From positions 21,266,001 to 21,330,000 of the forward strand of contig OZ365109.1 in assembly GCA_977030845.1 (NCBI GenBank): DNA of 64,000 bases, written 5' to 3'. Shown here in pieces: positions 53,135 to 64,000 of this stretch (position 1 is its first letter; every line of letters begins with the position of its first letter). Both the position numbers and the translations under genes were made by a program. This DNA comes from Fimbriosthenelais zetlandica. Its lineage: Eukaryota. The notes below the pieces were generated by a model. It made no database searches and had not been told where the DNA came from. It was given only the letters and a program-made list of their open reading frames with translations.

Positions 53135-54787
53135 CATAGAGAGACCGCAACATTGAGAGAGCAACGAGGGTTCAATGTCAATGCCTACGGTATTTTAGAT
53201 GATAATATAAAAGGGAATGCCCTTGATGTATTTAGATATCTATACGTGTAGAAATTAAGAAATGAATAAGACCTCTCAAGTAACCCCAGGGTGGCAACCA
53301 TGGCATGCCACATGTACAGGTGAAGAGACCTCTACAAGTTATTTTTAAGTTACTCTACTCAGGGGTGAGATATGGGGTAAAGATGAGTAGGCCTAATGTC
53401 TGATTGGTAAGGGAAAACAGTCAAGGAATTTCAAACTGAAACCATTGCAAATGAACACTATGGGGATGTTATCGGGTAGGGTCATAGCATCCCTAGCACG
53501 GAGGAAAAAATCAGTGATTCAGTCAGCAATATGATTTCTTGGCATTTCTTGCATCTAAGGGGTGAGAGTTGATAGCCCCATGTTGTGTAGTAAGAAGATG
53601 TGTAGGGGAGGGGCGGGAAGCTGAGTAGGGGTGGGGGTTTGGAGGGGTAGGGGTAGGGGGTACTTACCCCCCATGGGGAGGGGAGGTTACTGATGAGATG
53701 CCAGTGGACGATCGGCCATTGGTCGGCTTGCACCTGACCCCTCGGCCTTGCAATGTAAACAGGGGCGGCGTAGGGATATCTGGGCGTCTCAGGTCGGCCA
53801 TAATAAATGAGTGAACCGACCAATGGGAAGCCTCGCTTCTTCTGCTCCCCACCATGGCCGCCATGACCAGTTGCCTCCCATTGTCACTCTCTAATAGCTC
53901 CCTTGAACCCACATGACATCCACCTCCATATATGGAAGCCGTCGCCATGGCAACGTGGCAGTTTCGTGGAGCGTGTCAGAGTTCAAAACATACAGAGTGC
54001 TAAGCCGTGTGGTGGTGGTGGGCAGGGGTAGGGGTAGGAGGCTGCAAGGCAGCGTTTAAAGAATTAAGGCGCTTGGCCAAGGGCCCCAGTAGTGTGTCCC
54101 CAGTCATCTCGTGTGTGTGTGGCTCAGTTTTGGGGAATGTACTGTGGAGTTGTGGAGGGGAAAAGAAGTAGAGAGGAGAAGCCTTGGGTGTTGCTCGTTG
54201 GGCATGCCACTGCACTGTCCAGTCACTACTAGGAAGGCTAGTATTCAGCATAGAGGCGGAGGTGTACAGGGAGAGACAGAGAGGTAACAGGGAACAGTAG
54301 TGGTGGAGAGATCAGTTAGCGTTTGGACAAGGTGCATGGTTCATGTGCTCACTCCACTCCTCCTGCGGCCAGTCGACTAGTGCACCACAGAGAGGAGAGG
54401 CTACAGAGAGAGCTCTATCCCTTACCGCTAGATGACACGGCCATAGAGAGAGCACGGGTCCTCCCTCTTCCTCCACCTCCTCCCTCTCCACTCCACACAT
54501 AGGTCTCTGCACAGAGGCGAAGAGAGTCAGTATCGGCCGTGACTTCAACCTACACGGACCTCACATAGGCTCACCACTACTTCTAGTACTACCACCATCA
54601 CCTAACAAACATCACCAAATCTCATCATTGTGGATTTTTAACATTCATTCTACTTCCACATCCCCTCTTTACATAAGAGGTGTATTGACTACCTACTTCA
54701 CAGTCGGTGGATTACATAAAAAGAAACTTCACTGGACTTGATTTTTTTATATTTAAAAAAAATCATTATAGATACTAACAGGAACTA

Positions 54788-55241
54788 ATGATAAAAATGG
54801 CGATGCCAACTCCTGTTAGTCAGACGAACTCTACAGTGAATAGTTGGGGTCATGGGGCGGACGATTTGAATGGAACAGGAACGACCACATCTCAGCCACC
54901 TCCAGTGGGTCCTCCAGTGACTCCCCAGGCCCCACAAGCACCCCAACAACCCCCGGTGACCACCACCCCTAGCACGACCACCTCGACCAATGCTGGAACG
55001 CCGGACTCCAAAACGGGCAGTGCCCACATTGAGTGTGTGGTCTGTGGGGACAAATCTTCGGGGAAACACTATGGTCAGTTCACGTGCGAAGGTTGCAAAA
55101 GTTTCTTCAAGCGATCGGTAAGGAGGAATTTGACTTATACGTGTCGTGGAAATCGGTCGTGTCCAATAGACCAGCATCACCGCAATCAGTGCCAATACTG
55201 CAGGCTAAAGAAATGTCTAAAGATGGGAATGCGAAGGGAAG
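54788..55241 (+). CDS. COUP-TF: COUP-TF (NR2F/seven-up) coding exon 1: A/B region and C4 zinc-finger DNA-binding domain
   Basis: [69 protein letters not shown] is the NR2F DBD. In-frame ATGs at 54788, 54797 and 54803; 54797 (aaaATGG, MAM start as in vertebrate COUP-TFs) is the likely initiator. Donor GAAG|gtacgt, phase 1. Confidence 0.97.
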
Positions 55242-56576
55242 GTACGTCTTTCGGTGAGTTTTGTCTCTCTAAGGGTCAGCAAAAAGGGGCCATGGAAAAA
55301 AATCACATTTTTTTCTTGAAGACAATCATTTTTGCACTTATACTTTTGGACTGTCATGTATTTAAACTGATAAAAAACAAATCCAGGCCCACATTTATGT
55401 AAGATTTGATTCCACAATGCTTGATCCTTCAAAATGTCACTGTTATATTTTGGATAAGTTTTAGTAATTCTTTTTGGATAAAATAATATTATGAAGGAAA
55501 GTAATGGTAATTATATGTTTGTGTATTGCTAATATGTATGCTTTTTTGAAGTTTAAGATCTTGTATTGCATTTGTGGGAGTACACGATGGTGGTTGTCAC
55601 ATTGCCCTTTTGATGTATTTGGGAGAAAAAAGTGTTGGAAGTGTCAATCTTGTGACCTATAGTAATGGCCCTTGCAGCATGTGTGACTGTGCAATGCTTG
55701 GACCCAACACAAACACAGAGAGAGCATGACACATTTTTGAAGCCATGTCCATGGACGCAGCTGCTGCAGCAGAGCTCCCAACGTGGTGGTCCCAGTAGTG
55801 AGGAGAAGCCAAGTGATAGAAAATCATTGAACATTGATTGTAATTGATTCACATGAGTAACATTAACTCAAGTGTTGTTCCAGTAGTTAGACTGTTGTAG
55901 TAGCACTACTACAACACATCATTGCTTATGCTACTATGGGTTATAAAAGACTGGTTAAGGGAGGAGTGGCAAAGGAGTAGGTGGTGGTGGAGGGGTGGGG
56001 GACTGATGTTTCTGAGATATTGTCATTTGCCATGCACGCCCATGTGGAGCTATGAGAGAGAATAAGAGAGTGAGAGGGAGAGTGGAAATTATCATCGGAT
56101 GGAGGGAGTGAAAGTCATTGCACTGCCTTGGGTTGACTTGCTAGTTGGGGGGAGTGTAGGAGGAGGGGAATCTTGCAGGGGGGTATAGGATCTCAGAGTC
56201 TACTCAGATGATGTAATTCTTGTAAAAGCAGCATCAGCAGCCCTGATGCTGATGGGGAGAGAGAGTGAGGGAGAGCTAGGGGGATATAGTGTGCGATTTT
56301 GTTCGCTAGTCCGCAACCATTCTTCCAAGTAACAGTATCAGAAGCAGAACCAAAGACTCTCCAATGTGTATACTCGCTCCCTGGGAGCTGGGCTCTCTAT
56401 TCTAATTGTCACCGCGAGAACACCCAGGGAAAGGCCCTTCTTTACCTATACCACCAAAGGCCCTTCCCCACCAGCGTAGGGCATTGTGACCAGCACAATA
56501 GGGACCATTTTAGAAGGCCCTTTTTCAGTTCGAAGGAGAGAATATGGGGCTCGGGTTGCCCTGAAAGCCCTTCTAG

Positions 56577-64000
<7,424 letters not shown>

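Noticed and set aside
55254-55402. Open read-through of COUP-TF exon 1 into intron 1 (possible DBD-only protein)
   Set aside because: About 50 open codons is within chance, two strong donors precede it, and no AATAAA follows closely.

Overview
Eukaryotic, AT-rich genomic DNA from an invertebrate bilaterian; the species cannot be fixed from sequence alone. Most listed ORFs are chance ORFs in non-coding DNA. Two + strand protein-coding genes are supported. (1) The 3' part of an RCC1-repeat protein gene: five GT-AG exons (5220-5384, 16598-16728, 24913-25114, 30068-30822, 33325-33816) that join in one frame to give about 580 codons, one RCC1 blade followed by a long Ser/Pro/Gly/Asn-rich tail. (2) The orphan nuclear receptor COUP-TF (NR2F/seven-up): DBD exon 54788/54797-55241 and LBD exon 56908-57435; its last coding exon lies beyond the window. 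The rest is introns and about 21 kb of intergenic DNA with small non-autonomous DNA transposons, simple repeats and CpG-rich patches that look regulatory. The best leads are at COUP-TF: an ATG-led, in-frame 93-codon extension of the LBD exon that echoes the exon-1 N-terminus (possible DBD-less isoform), two in-frame competing donors in the DBD C-terminal extension, a candidate 48-nt cassette exon in the LBD, and four perfect AGGTCA half-sites in 39 bp about 1.9 kb upstream of the start codon. All are predictions without transcript data. I found no prokaryotic-type system, CRISPR array, tRNA or rRNA.
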